Of a stretch of DNA of 64,000 nucleotides, positions 25,301 through 36,871 are shown piece after piece. Numbering within the stretch: position 1 is the stretch's first letter; every line of letters begins with the position of its first letter. This stretch comes from Mizuhopecten yessoensis. Taxonomy: Eukaryota. The stretch is from NCBI RefSeq assembly GCF_002113885.1, contig NW_018408801.1, forward strand, positions 115,060 through 179,059. Reading direction: 5' to 3'. Made by a program: the position numbers and the translations under genes. The notes beneath the pieces were generated by a model that saw only the letters and a list, made by a program, of their open reading frames with translations, was not told where the DNA came from and made no database searches.

Positions 25301-28300
25301 ATTTTTCGACTTCATTCAAGTTGTATGTGTGTTTTTTGAAGTATATGTATATTTTGACATCATTTTAGTTGTACCGGTATTTGTGTATTTGACAGCAGAC
25401 AGTTTGTATGTGTGTATTTGGACAGCAGACAGTTTGTGTGTGTGTGTTTAGACATCACTTTAGTTGTATGTGTGTTTTTAGACCTCATTCAAATTGAAAA
25501 CTTCCGTAATCGTTGGTATCGACTGAGGAAGTTAATAAGATGAAGATGAAGAATGAAGAATGTGTGCTTGGACATCAATCAAGCTGTCTAATGTGTATTT
25601 GAACATGATTCAGTTTGAGTATATTTTTTGTCATCAATCAGACTGAATGTATGTATCTGGATATCAGTAAGATTGTTTATGTGTATTTGGACATTGGGCA
25701 AGTTGTATGTATGTGTTTGAATAGTAAACTTTATACACAAGGAAGTAGATTAGCTTGCTTAGGTTTCTACACTGTATTGTGTGCTTCTGCCTAATGTTTT
25801 CTAACTCTTGTTTCACACTTGAAACTTGAAATGTGTTTCCTCTTTTATATCTATAAGGGATATTTGAGTCAATGACTTCCTTATTCATTGAAGCATTATT
25901 TCTTGGTATAATGAACAGGAAATTTGTCATTAAGTAAAATTTGTAGATTGTAACTTTATATTATAGCAACTGCATGCATTTGTATAGATCTGATTTACCG
26001 ATAGCCAGATTTACTTTACAAAAAGATGTACCAGTCATTTTATAAATACAGTTTAAAAATAAACCTGTCATTAGTTCTCAGGTATAGTTACCAAGAGGTA
26101 TTTTGAACTTCCTCTGCCAGAAATTAAAATTAGAATGTAAAATATCTCATATATGACATTTTTGTTAAGAACTACAGTTGAATACTGCCAGCATTCCAGG
26201 TGTTTTGGGTATATCTGTTTTAGGCTCTAATTACACTGCCTGCCAAAATCTCCCGTGGTGAGGACGTTTTGGATTTCTTTGAAGTGGGACCTGAGGACAT
26301 TGTTCCAGCAAATGAAAAAACGCAGTAGGTGTCTAGGAGTATCCTACAGAGATTTAGATAGAAACATTATGAACAAAAAACTATGGATTCTTTTATCAAA
26401 CAATTTGGATATCGCTACACTCAGAGCATGTATGTAACATTTCTATTTTAAATCATTTTGAATGACATTTTTGTGATTGAACACAGAATACAGAGTTATG
26501 TTTCTTGCTTTACATAAATTTGCATATAAGGAAGTCTAAAAAAATCTATTTCAGATATTAAATCATACAAAGATTTTAGGCCACAAATACCTTTTCCATA
26601 TGTTTTAATCTGTATACATTAATATTAATTCTAAACTTGGTATTTTAAATTATAAATTAATTAATTTTATCTGTTGCATTGTATATCAAAGTGTTACGGG
26701 TGAGTTTTTTTTTACAATGATACCGGTTTTTAATTTTGTTTTATGCTTTATCGATTTAATCACATCTGACAAATATTATCTCTCTGGTAGCTACGGCTTG
26801 TTATTATTTCAATTTCTGTGTAATTTTCCTGTTCAATTTAGGATGGGTCATATACATTGTATGTCCTGAAAACTAACAGGTTTTTGGTGGACAGGAAATA
26901 AAACATCTGAAATGAAACGCTTTAAGTAGGACCGAGCCGTAAGCTGGCTTGCTGGCATGGATATGAAAGGCCAAGAATTAGTTATAGAATCAGCAAAAAG
27001 TGTTTTCAGATAGATTTGGTCAAATACAGCAGTTTCAGAAAACAATAACAGTTTTGAGCAAATTAAAGGTGTACCAGGGTAATTGCTATTTTTTGTAAAT
27101 GCCCCTGGACAGTTATAACTACAGAAATTTTGATTAATGAAGATTGGAAATAAGAAATAAACACTTAACCCTTTCACTATTGTAGACTGTAATGGACTCC
27201 TCCACATCAATACATGGTAGAGTCTTCTGAGTTACATAGGGTTGAAAGGGTTAATATGTAGATACATAGATGAAGGTGTATAACTTGAGAATGGACATAC
27301 TTTATCTGAATTTCTTTGGACTCAGGATGAAGACAAAGAATCGGAACATAGAGAAGATCTCCGGCCCAAAGCTTGCGGAGGAATATGTGGTGATTGGAGA
27401 TTACAGTAAGGAGGACAAATGGGACCTCAACCTAAAGGCTGGCATGGTGGTGGAGGTCGTGGAGAAAAGCGAAAGTGGTAAGTCAGGTCAAGGTCAGATA
27501 AAGTCTTTAAGACCATGGAGAGTTATCAAGGTCATACCTGCAAAGATAACACAGGTGATTACATAGTGGGATAGTTGTAACAAGGTCATAAAATTAACAT
27601 TAAATGTATCAGCATTAGATAACAGTTACAGTCAAACCTGCTCATGCCACCACTTCTACTCATGAGAGACCACATGTGTTAAGAGACCACTTAAGGAATG
27701 TTCCCCGTTGTAGTGATTTCTCTATGAATTATACCGATATTAAGAGACACCTATGTTAAGAGACACCTATGTTAAGAGACACCGATATTAAGAGACACCT
27801 ATGTTAAGAGACACCGATATTAAGAGACACCTATGTTAAGAGACACCTATATTAAGAGACACCTATGTTAAGAGATCGGTTTTTGGACTTCCAAAATATT
27901 GTCTTTTAATACAGGTTTGACTGTAACTTCTAATTAAAAAGCAAACTCATTGCGCGGAAGAAAATTTTAGGACTGTTTGCAGAAAAGCTGATCATATAAG
28001 ATATACATTAATGCTTTCTGATTTATCCTCACTTTTAAAGAAGACAACTTCCACTCCTTATGGTTACATATAGTACTGAGTTTAACTCCTTTGTTACTTA
28101 TAACGTTCTCAACATTAACCAGCTTCACAAAATAATTACATGTTAGTAAAATACTTAATTACTTGCTGACAGGTTTCGCCAGTTATGCCTTCTCAGTACC
28201 TACATTGGACCAGTGTTGGCTGTTCTCCCGTTTATTATACTAGTTTCTACACTTGGTTGTTTACATGTATGCCCCTCTTGACTTGCATTATATTACGTAT

Positions 28301-31300
28301 GATGATAGGTTGGTGGTTTGTGACCATTGAGGACCATCAGGGCTGGGTCCCCAGTACCTACCTGAAGAGGAAAGATGGCCTGAAGGAGAACACTACCCAG
28401 AGGCTGCTACCTGGGGAAGGTAAGGTGTACGGGTGTGCTAGACTTGAACAATGAAACCTGTCTTCACTGACATCAAGGGGGCCTGAAATATTTTCTTAGA
28501 TAAGAGAGTGCGTCTGTTAAAGACTTTTAAGACAGGAAAGTATGACAGACTTCACAAGATATCTTCAAAGTCATGTGTCAGTAAGATCATGTTTCACTGT
28601 ACACCTGGGACTTTCTGTCATATATTGTTACCCATTGTACAATCAAGTTTCAGCAATGTCACAGTTTCAAATGTTTTCCTAGATAACATTATACATATCT
28701 GAATATGGTGACAAAAGGTATGTAGAGAATAATGTTTGGGATTGAGTTTTGAATTCATGGTATTCCAGTAGTAAAATACGGTATAGCGCTTTAGATTCTC
28801 GGGGTCAATATTTCGTGGTGTCGTATTCAGTACATATTTACGGGATCTAATTTCACTGTCCCCATGTGTCGTGCAAAGTATTTCGAGTGTCATCATTTAA
28901 GGGTTAAACCTTGAAATACAGGTAAACCCATATATATGTAGAACAATTGTATGTGTCCACATTTTTAGTACCTTAGGGGTAGAAATATCCTATAATTTTG
29001 TCCCAAAGAAGCCCACTGTAGGGCCGAAACCGGTCGAAACTACAATAACAACTTATTGCTCCTTCGCCTGTTGTGATTGAATCTATTTTATGATGTTCTC
29101 ACTTTTACTCAATCCCCTGCATACTTTCGGTTATCCAGACGAGGAGCAAAGGACCAAATTATTCCACCATTTAGAAAACCACGGCGTTGGGTCTACCCTT
29201 GCCTTGTTGTAATGTTGATGTTACAGGCTAAATTCAGGGTTTAAGTGACATTGATGGATTGTTGATGTGAGGTCATTGTATTGTTGACGTGACGTCATAC
29301 CATTGTTATGAATAAGGGAATACCCCGGTCTCACCCTAGCCCGTCTCAACCCTAGGGTGAGACAACAATATCTCATACTGGTAAAAGTGCGGAAACACCT
29401 GTCCAGGGTATAAAGAGAAATGTTTATGATATACTTGTCACTGTTACAGAGGAGAAGTTCATGGTGACGGAGGCTTTCTCTTGTACAAATGAAGATGAGA
29501 TTGCACTGGAGCTGGGTGTTATTGTTGACGTGGTGGAGAAAAACCTGGACGGTTGGTGGATGGTCAGGTATAATTCACCAAGGGATTTCCTTTACAGGAT
29601 TTTCAATATGATATAAAAATAACTTGCTGTGAAAAAACACATTAAATCAAGCACAGGTCCAATATAACAGTATTTACTTTGTCAAAGCTTTCTTCAAAAT
29701 TTTAGATGAGGCAACCATTTTCCTCTGAACAAACCAAGAACTTGAATACCAGCTACAAAGCTTGTTATTATCAATGGACATGTAGTCTGAACAAAATGAT
29801 ATTTTGTTAGTGATGTTTGTTTTATGTAGAAATGTTTGTCATTCTCAGTTCATGAGCAAGCCATTTTCATCACTTGTTCATATTTATGGTGGGCATATTT
29901 TCTCATTGATCATGTACTGTGATGTTTTTATTACGGAGGATATTTTTGCAGGTCAATATTATGATCGCGAAAAACATGATCTGCAGAATTACATGACAAG
30001 CTTAAAATTGAGCCGCAGTGATAAACTTCATAAACTGTAATGTTGTCTTGAAATAGCAAGCATATGGTTGTAACGTTTCACATACATACAGAGTAATGAT
30101 GTTTAAAAGTAGGTTATATCACACATCTAATAGTCTTGTTGATGATTTATTTAACAAAATACACTACCTTGTTGTTTCTCAATATTCTGTCATAAAGCCT
30201 AATATCATTTGACTCTTTCATTTGTTTGTATTATATTGACAGGTACATGGGAAAGGAGGGTTGGGCCCCAGCCACATACCTCATGAAGGCAGAGAAAGCC
30301 CACATACAGCGTACGGCCCGTCAGTCTGGAGTACAGGTTGTGGGCACGCTTAGCGATATCAGTGACATCATGTCGAAAGGGAATGAAGATCAGGCTGTTG
30401 GGGCCATGTCTGGAGTTGGGAGTAAGTTAGGACCAGGAGGTAGGAAGTTACGGAGACAGAAATCTGGGAGTCTGGAGAGAGGGGGCTCCATCCGACCTCC
30501 ACCTCGACAAAACTCCATCAAAAATGTAAGTTACTGTGGTCCAGATTTCTCAGCTACTACTTTACATCAATTAAGTCTGAACCAAGTAATGCAAACATTT
30601 GCTGATATATTTATTACTTTGAACTAAATTTGTGTCGTCTATTGACACAAACTCCACAAACTCCTGTGTTTATTCTCACCAATTCAGTATCCAAACTGTA
30701 GCTCCATTTATATGCTATCTGGTGGTTTCTAGTGATATTTTCATTTTAACAAAATAGTGATATAATGTTTTGGTTAGACATTCACATATCAGAGAACATG
30801 TTCAGCTTTCACTGTAGTGTTTTTATCAACAGGTCAAAAACATGTGGAAAACACAAAAGTGCAGGTATAATGTATGTATTTAAAAACTAAAAAATTCTGG
30901 TGAATTTCCTTTCCACGCCCTGCATGCTGAAAAATTTTCCCGTATGCAAATTGTTCCTCACCAACCTGCTTTAGCTCAGCAGCCCAACACACATTGCTGA
31001 TCATGAGCAGTGAAAGCTAGACAACATGTAATGTTACCCATGACCCCGATTCCTATAAAGTAGGATTGTTAAAATTGGCCCATTTCCATTGCATCAGAGT
31101 AACACAACCTACAAACCCTATTTATTGTGGTGGTTGGTTCCATGTTTTGGTTCCTTTGACTGGCCTATTTCACAACTAATGATGGCAATGGTAATAGTGT
31201 TGAAGAAGATTTTGCAATCTCTGTCAAAAGGACTAACTTTAGGTTTTACCATACTATTTTTATGATTTGTGTGTCCAGCACATCAGAAAAGAAAAAAAAC

Positions 31301-34300
31301 ATCAGATGAATAAATTAAAAAATGTACAAACCCTTGACAACTCTGTTTCGAACATCACAATGTTGAATGAAGAGGGGTGCAGTGAGCTTGCTAGCAGAAC
31401 AGCCTGCAGTGCTACACTCACAGAATCAGATTTGAATCAGTAAGGAATAGCGAATTACACTTAATTGTTTGATTGTTTGAACAGGTGAATTAGTCAAAGT
31501 GACATATTGAGAGCAGTTATACCCAGCACGACGTTGTCATGGTCATCTTTTCCTTTTGAATATTATTATTAAGTATGTCAAAACCCCAAGTTTATCTGAA
31601 GACACAGTATCAGAAAAAGTGCACTGCTGGTCTGAAAGACATACTAGTAACAGAAATACCTGCTTCCAATTAGCACTCATTAAGGTGGTATTCGGCTGAT
31701 TTTAATAAACAGTAAAAGGTTGTGTTGATAATGTAATCAGTATGTTGTGTCCTACAGGGTGTTAACATGTTCCATTGTTTGTGTTTTTTGACTGAAGTCC
31801 AAAACATTACACACTACATTAAAGGAACATTGACCATATACAATTTTTTGCAGATTGTTTTTAATTTTTAGGTTTAATGATTTACTTTTGTGATAATCTT
31901 AAATAAATATTCAATACTTTTCATTCAGATCCAACTTGATGTGGCGATAAAGGAGGCTAAATCACAGCGTTACATAACGATAGCAACCTTCAGTGATACA
32001 GTAGGGGACGGAATCAGCTTTGATAGGGGCCAGGAAGTCTTGGTAAATATAAGATATTACTGTTACATTATAATCTACAGTTGTGTGGAGTCTAATGTGA
32101 CATAGTATTGTTGTGTAAACTATTTCTGAATACACATATATATCACAGTTCTCAGACATAACATGGTTTGGTTTGTGATGTTTACACATCTATTTTCTTC
32201 ACTGGTACAATTGTATATATCATAAACGTAATACATGTAGATATATAACTTTTTTTTCTTACAGATTTCTGAGAAGACGGACGGTGGATGGTGGTTCGGA
32301 GAGATTAACGGTGTTAGTGGATGGATCCCCTCCTCTTATTTGGAGGAAATTACAAATGTAATTTATCTTTATTCTTGCTCCATCACAAATCTTGTTTATC
32401 CTTCCTTTGTCACAGATGTTTAACAGTTATTGTAGATCCTAACTCCATCATAAATGATTTTATTTATGCCTCCTCCATACAGAAATTCTGCACTCAATTA
32501 AATTGGAGACACTGGTATATATCCATAAGACTCATAACATCTATGATGAGTTTGTGGCTTATATACAAAAGTCTCAACCCAGGAGTCAAATTTCTTTCGG
32601 TTGAACCAAGGGTCTGCTGAGGTTAAGATTGTTTTGTCTTCATTACATAGTCATTTTTGATTAAGCATTTTTTTCCTTCTCTTATAAGCTCTTGTGAAAT
32701 AGGTCGCAATGTCAAAATGATGCTGTTATGTTACATGGGTAATAATAGTGCTGTACCCGGGCCATCCCAGGCCCCTCTGGCCGGGGCCTTCCCTGGCCTC
32801 TCTCCCTAGAGGCTCACATTCTCGAACCTCGAATCTACACTCCCACTCCTAACTCTTGACTCCAAACCCTATGTAATTATCCTGAAGTACTTTTAACAAT
32901 CTTTCCAGCATTAAATATTCATAAGTAGGATCTATATTATATATAAATAATGAGGCACGTGCAACAATTTAATCTAACTTCTAAGCTAACTTGTTTTTGG
33001 GAGCTCACACTCTCGTTCCTATCTCTATGCCATTCATGACTGACCTGGTCGCCACTAGATGGATAGCCCTTTAGCACCATTTACAATTCCACAGTCCCCC
33101 TTCAATTAATGCACTGTGTTATCCAAAACATAAGATTTGACGTCAAAGTACTTTTGACCAAAGTGCTGCTCTCTATTGATACCCACTGTCTTACAGGTTA
33201 TAAGATGGTTCCATTCTTCATCATTAATTATCAAATTTACGGCCAATTTTGTTACACATCGTTAACTTCATTTATCTCTAATATATACTGATGCAGCAAT
33301 GTTGATATTTCCAGGGCGACATTGAGGAAGAAGAAGACACTGTCTACCATGAGGTTCCAGAACCATCAGATGAAGAAGACAAGTCTGAATCAGAGGAAGA
33401 TGATTGGTACCAGGAGGTAACAGATGCAAGAAAGTCCAAACATGATGAAGATTATCTTGAACCAATGAAAAAAGCAGATTCTGAAACAATCAAGTTAAAG
33501 AAATCTCCAAACAAACCTAATACACCTCTGAGATCAGTGATTTCAGAGGACGATGATACTGATATAAAGGGATCTGTTTCACAGGCCCTGAAGACTAAAT
33601 TTGAGAAAGAGAAAACTGCAGTTAATCCCAGGCCGTTTACTCCTCCGAAAAACAACCGCAGGTTTAGTGGGAATCAGAATCAAGGTGATGGAGAATCATC
33701 ACACTTGGCAGATGTCCTTAAAGCTAAATTTGAAAAACGACAAAGTGCTGCTACTGAAGAGCGAAATCCTAAAGACAATAATAATGACACAACTTCTGCA
33801 ATTAAAAAGCAACCACTTTTGCCACCGGTTAAACCAAAAGTGAAGACTGGTTCTTCTCCAAGAGAAGACATTCAACCAAAGCCTAACGGAAAAGCATTGC
33901 CTTCTAAGACAACCCCACCGTCAAGACCATCAAAACCAGCGCTTCCCAAGAAGGAACCAGTTAAAACTGACGGCACCTCAGATTTTAAAAACGTGTTAGC
34001 AGCCAAATTTCAAGCCCGAACTAGTGGAATGGTATCAGATGAATCAAGTAATTCTACTCAACCTCCTCCTGTTTCAAAGAAACCTGCCGTTAAACATAAT
34101 GAAAATGACAAAGAGGATGTCAGTGGAAACGTTTCAACATCTGCTTTGAAATCTAAATTTGAAACGGATACTACAAAACCCACCCCAGTTCCACTGAAGC
34201 CCAAACCAAAAGGCCACGCTCAGACTGGCCCCCAGTTTAGAACATCCAAGCCATTTGTTCCAGAGAAGAAGATCCTTCCAAAGCCCGCAATGAAGCCCAA

Positions 34301-34535
34301 ACCAATTGTGTCTGCAAAACCCCCACCCCCGGTTTCCAAACCATACAAAGATAAAGGACAAGCAACCGTTAAATTTATAGCAACTGCAGACTTTTTTGCA
34401 GAAAACGACGGAGAGATATCATTCTATGCCGGTGATTCTATAATTGTTAAACAACAGCTTGATACAGGTTGGTGGCTTGTGTCCATTGATGGAAAGGAAG
34501 GCTGGGCACCGGAGTCTTATCTTCAGAAAACATAG
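15274..34535 (+). CDS. SH3PXD2A: SH3 and PX domain-containing protein 2 (Tks4/Tks5)-like scaffold / NOX organizer family: PX + 4 SH3, 12 exons, ~835 aa
   Basis: Exons 15274-15354, 17620-17700, 20394-20469, 24310-24386, 26224-26324, 27326-27477, 28309-28419, 29450-29567, 30243-30525, 31929-32042, 32265-32357, 33315-34535 join in frame (2508 nt). PX domain [22 protein letters not shown]...[11 protein letters not shown]...[25 protein letters not shown] closely resembles Tks5. Four SH3 domains with GWW...GWxPxxYL. The symbol denotes the family; it is probably a pro-ortholog of SH3PXD2A/B. Confidence 0.9.
15925..16670. mobile_element. Non-autonomous Helentron/HINE-like element with ~165-bp internal repeats
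   Basis: Palindromic ggtcactgtgacc (or variant) recurs at ~16071, 16238, 16404 and 16535, and catcaaac(t) motifs recur in the same units. Confidence 0.5.
17620..17700 (+). CDS. SH3PXD2A: SH3PXD2-like exon 2 (PX)
   Basis: [27 protein letters not shown]. Confidence 0.93.
19246..19301. repeat. (GT)n microsatellite
   Basis: About 27 GT units. Confidence 0.98.
19333..19930. mobile_element. HINE-like repeat remnant
   Basis: ttttatacaccc head; recurring gagttatggccctt and atgaagatt motifs. Confidence 0.4.
20394..20469 (+). CDS. SH3PXD2A: SH3PXD2-like exon 3 (PX)
   Basis: [25 protein letters not shown](G). Confidence 0.93.
21088..21530. repeat. Degenerate ~19-bp minisatellite (gggttattacctgtatac)
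   Basis: About 20 imperfect copies of the ttattacctgta core, with a ~73-bp higher-order duplication near the end. Confidence 0.8.
21800..22315. mobile_element. HINE-like repeat remnant
   Basis: Three copies of ttaagggctcggccaagtttgatgacc / ccccatttg; ends gcgggggatataaatt. Confidence 0.45.
23250..24110. repeat. Old degenerate AGGTCA-rich tandem repeat
   Basis: Many aggtcat/aggtcattgaa motifs at roughly regular spacing. Confidence 0.6.
24310..24386 (+). CDS. SH3PXD2A: SH3PXD2-like exon 4 (PX)
   Basis: [25 protein letters not shown]. Confidence 0.93.
24405..25720. repeat. 30-bp minisatellite (tttgacatccttttagttgtatgtgtgtat) in SH3PXD2-like intron 4
   Basis: Homogeneous core 24640-24960, a second subtype (tgtatttggacatcattcaggttgtttgtg) at 24990-25270, degenerate flanks. 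Confidence 0.92.
26224..26324 (+). CDS. SH3PXD2A: SH3PXD2-like exon 5 (PX end)
   Basis: [33 protein letters not shown]; GTAGGT donor, phase 2. Confidence 0.88.
27169..27250. mobile_element. 82-bp piggyBac-like MITE
   Basis: TTAA|CCCTTTCA...TGAAAGGG|TTAA: TTAA TSD and CCC/GGG termini. Confidence 0.65.
27326..27477 (+). CDS. SH3PXD2A: SH3PXD2-like exon 6 (SH3-1)
   Basis: [40 protein letters not shown](G). Confidence 0.92.
27629..27923. mobile_element. Tc1/mariner (pogo-like) MITE with an internal 16-bp tandem array
   Basis: TA|CAGTCAAACCTG...CAGGTTTGACTG|TA; internal ttaagagacacctatg about 9 times at 27737-27875. Confidence 0.8.
28309..28419 (+). CDS. SH3PXD2A: SH3PXD2-like exon 7 (SH3-1 end)
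   Basis: [21 protein letters not shown]. Confidence 0.92.
29450..29567 (+). CDS. SH3PXD2A: SH3PXD2-like exon 8 (SH3-2)
   Basis: [38 protein letters not shown](R). Confidence 0.92.
30243..30525 (+). CDS. SH3PXD2A: SH3PXD2-like exon 9 (SH3-2 end and linker)
   Basis: [13 protein letters not shown]...[11 protein letters not shown] then GTAAGT. Confidence 0.92.
31929..32042 (+). CDS. SH3PXD2A: SH3PXD2-like exon 10 (SH3-3)
   Basis: [38 protein letters not shown]. Confidence 0.9.
32265..32357 (+). CDS. SH3PXD2A: SH3PXD2-like exon 11 (SH3-3 end)
   Basis: [31 protein letters not shown]. Confidence 0.92.
33315..34535 (+). CDS. SH3PXD2A: SH3PXD2-like last exon (acidic Tyr region, Pro-rich region, SH3-4)
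   Basis: CAG acceptor at 33312-33314, in frame with ORF 33465..34535; ends [21 protein letters not shown]...[22 protein letters not shown]. Confidence 0.92.
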   Translation, partial: GDIEEEEDTVYHEVPEPSDEEDKSESEEDDWYQEVTDARKSKHDEDYLEPMKKADSETIKLKKSPNKPNTPLRSVISEDDDTDIKGSVSQALKTKFEKEKTAVNPRPFTPPKNNRRFSGNQNQGDGESSHLADVLKAKFEKRQSAATEERNPKDNNNDTTSAIKKQPLLPPVKPKVKTGSSPREDIQPKPNGKALPSKTTPPSRPSKPALPKKEPVKTDGTSDFKNVLAAKFQARTSGMVSDESSNSTQPPPVSKKPAVKHNENDKEDVSGNVSTSALKSKFETDTTKPTPVPLKPKPKGHAQTGPQFRTSKPFVPEKKILPKPAMKPKPIVSAKPPPPVSKPYKDKGQATVKFIATADFFAENDGEISFYAGDSIIVKQQLDTGWWLVSIDGKEGWAPESYLQKT

Positions 34536-35320
34536 CAGATGTGTCATCATCATAAAAAAATCGAGCAGCAGCTTTCTAGTCACGAAGTCGAGATTTTGTA
34601 GTGTTCAATTCCTCTGCGTTGGAAGAGTTATTCCCTATTAAGCGCTAATTTCTTCTTTTTCATTCAAATTGAGCTGAATGTATTTGTTTACGGGGGAGGC
34701 ATTTTACAACTCTTGTGTATCATCGATTGAAACAGAAATCATCAACCATCGGAATAAGCTGTTTTCGAGATAATTTTTTTCAAAATGGTGACAAGTTTAT
34801 AAATAATATCCTCTTTGTTATCATCCATAAACTTCTATGATAATCTCTGAATTAAGTGGTTCCAGTTATTTTCCAACTATGCAGATGCATTTCGCAAAAA
34901 AGCGAACATGCAGGCGTATTCGCGTATTATTGTTGAATTATATAGTACAAATCAAGCTAGTTATTTTAAATGTAAACATTTTTGCGTGCGAAGACAAATG
35001 CAAAATTTAGTATAAATAAGCGAAAGTCGAACCAAATGCGATGTAAGATATATTTCTATATGTATTCTGTGTTACTTGACAAGTGAAGTATTTCTTTTGA
35101 GTATCCGTGACACTTGAAGATTGCAAACTATATTCAAACTTAACTATTTTTATAGTTTACTACAAAAACGCTTACATCGAGTAGATTCAGAATTGCAACA
35201 CGTTCATATAATGAAAAGCTTTTTTAGTAAGTGATCTGGTATTTCATTTCGGAGTTATATTACTGTTTAATTAACAATTGGATTGGGCAGAGGAATTGGC
35301 TATAAAAGCCCGTTCCATAT

Positions 35321-35655
35321 AGCAAATGATCTGGTATCCCCGCATAGTGGTAAAAGGAATAGTTTTAGTCACTGCTTAACGGCTTTCAATCAATTTAACT
35401 ATATCTCTATGACATTTAAGACAGGGACTTACTTTTGATGATAAATATGCCGTCCTATATATATTTTCTGTATCACCAACGTAACGACGTCGTCACTGGG
35501 ATGGATCTTTGCTTTCTGTATTAACATGTATTCTGATCTTGTTTCCTTAAATTGTCCCTTACGATAATGTCATAGAGATATGGTTCTATTGGTTAAAACT
35601 ATCCATCAGTGACTGACACTATTTTACCACCTTTGGGGATATAAGAGTACTTGCT
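35321..35655. mobile_element. Diverged inverted-repeat element in the probable SH3PXD2-like 3'UTR
   Basis: tatccccgcatagtggtaaaa...agtcactg...tatatctctatgacatt versus aatgtcatagagatat...cagtgact...ttttaccacctttggggata. Confidence 0.55.
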
Positions 35656-36871
35656 GAACCATTTAATATTAGCATACATTAATACAGGTTCAAACACTTA
35701 TTCAAACAATGACTCCTGATACTGGAATCATTCGTTTGGGAACTTGTTTTTGTGGGGATATACAATACGTGTCCTGCATTAGGATGATGTCAACGTGTCA
35801 ATAGTCTGTACTATCCTTCAAGGATAAAGAACCGTTACGATATATATTTATCATACAGTTTGCTGTATGAAATTATCCAAGTTTATATTTGTCATACGCT
35901 CTGATACCAAGTTATATGGTCTGCTCGAATCGGGTGTCTGTCCGTCTGCCTGTTGACACAAGTTCGACCGGAATACTTCTTCGAAAGTACTTCATAGATG
36001 TCAATGAGATTGTATGCACTTACTAAGTATGCAAAGTAGTTTTTACTGTGCAATGCATTTTCATTTATCCTGTATCTTGTTTTGCAGTGTTAATTAACAT
36101 GTGCCTTACAGTTTTTAGCTTGTATACAAAGTAACGTTTGGGTTGAAATTGATACGAAATAACTGCGTCAATGGAAACTGCAAACATTATACAACTGTGC
36201 CTTCTTGTCAACGGAGGAGCAGTGTGTCCTTGTAGTAAAATCATGTACCAGAGTCATTTGTTGTATATTGTAAACACGTAATGCCGAGAAGAGACATTGT
36301 TGCGAAAATCCGTTATGAGCAAGCTACAATAGAATAGTAATCTTCGGGAAAAACCCTTTTAATTGCTACTGGTAATGCACATATTAATCGTATCACTGCA
36401 TGAACGAGTTTTTATATCATCTTGTTAACCGAAAGGCATTAATTTTTAAAGGTTTTATAATTTTAAAGGTTGGAAGTGCATGTTACAGAATACTAAATAT
36501 ATCATACCTTGTTTTATACGTTGTAATAGTTGCATAGATGTAAGTATTGCTGATGATCTTTGTATATGTAATTTCTTTTCCATATACATTAATTTGAATA
36601 TTAAATTTTATGTTATTTAGCGAGGTTAATTTTTATTTGAAATGCATATTTCTTCCACTGTATCATAAACATGTATTAACAATGCTTTGTTACATTTCTC
36701 GTCAGTTCTGTACACAATATGTTACATTTTTTACTTAACCAATTTTATATTAATTATACATGTATATATCACCTGTTATGAAGCATTTTGGCAATTCTGA
36801 TCTAGGCTTTTAAAAATGTGAATGTCAATGTATTTACGTGTAACGAGTTAAGTGACAGATCGGTAGGTAAT

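Noticed and set aside
31354-31445. Possible alternative first exon of a PX-less Tks isoform (ATGTTGAATGAAG...CA|gtaagg)
   Set aside because: The donor is phase 2 while the next exon starts in phase 0; no other support.
15274-34535. Calling the gene NCF1/p47phox
   Set aside because: It has four SH3 domains and a PX domain much closer to Tks5/Tks4; p47phox has two SH3 domains.
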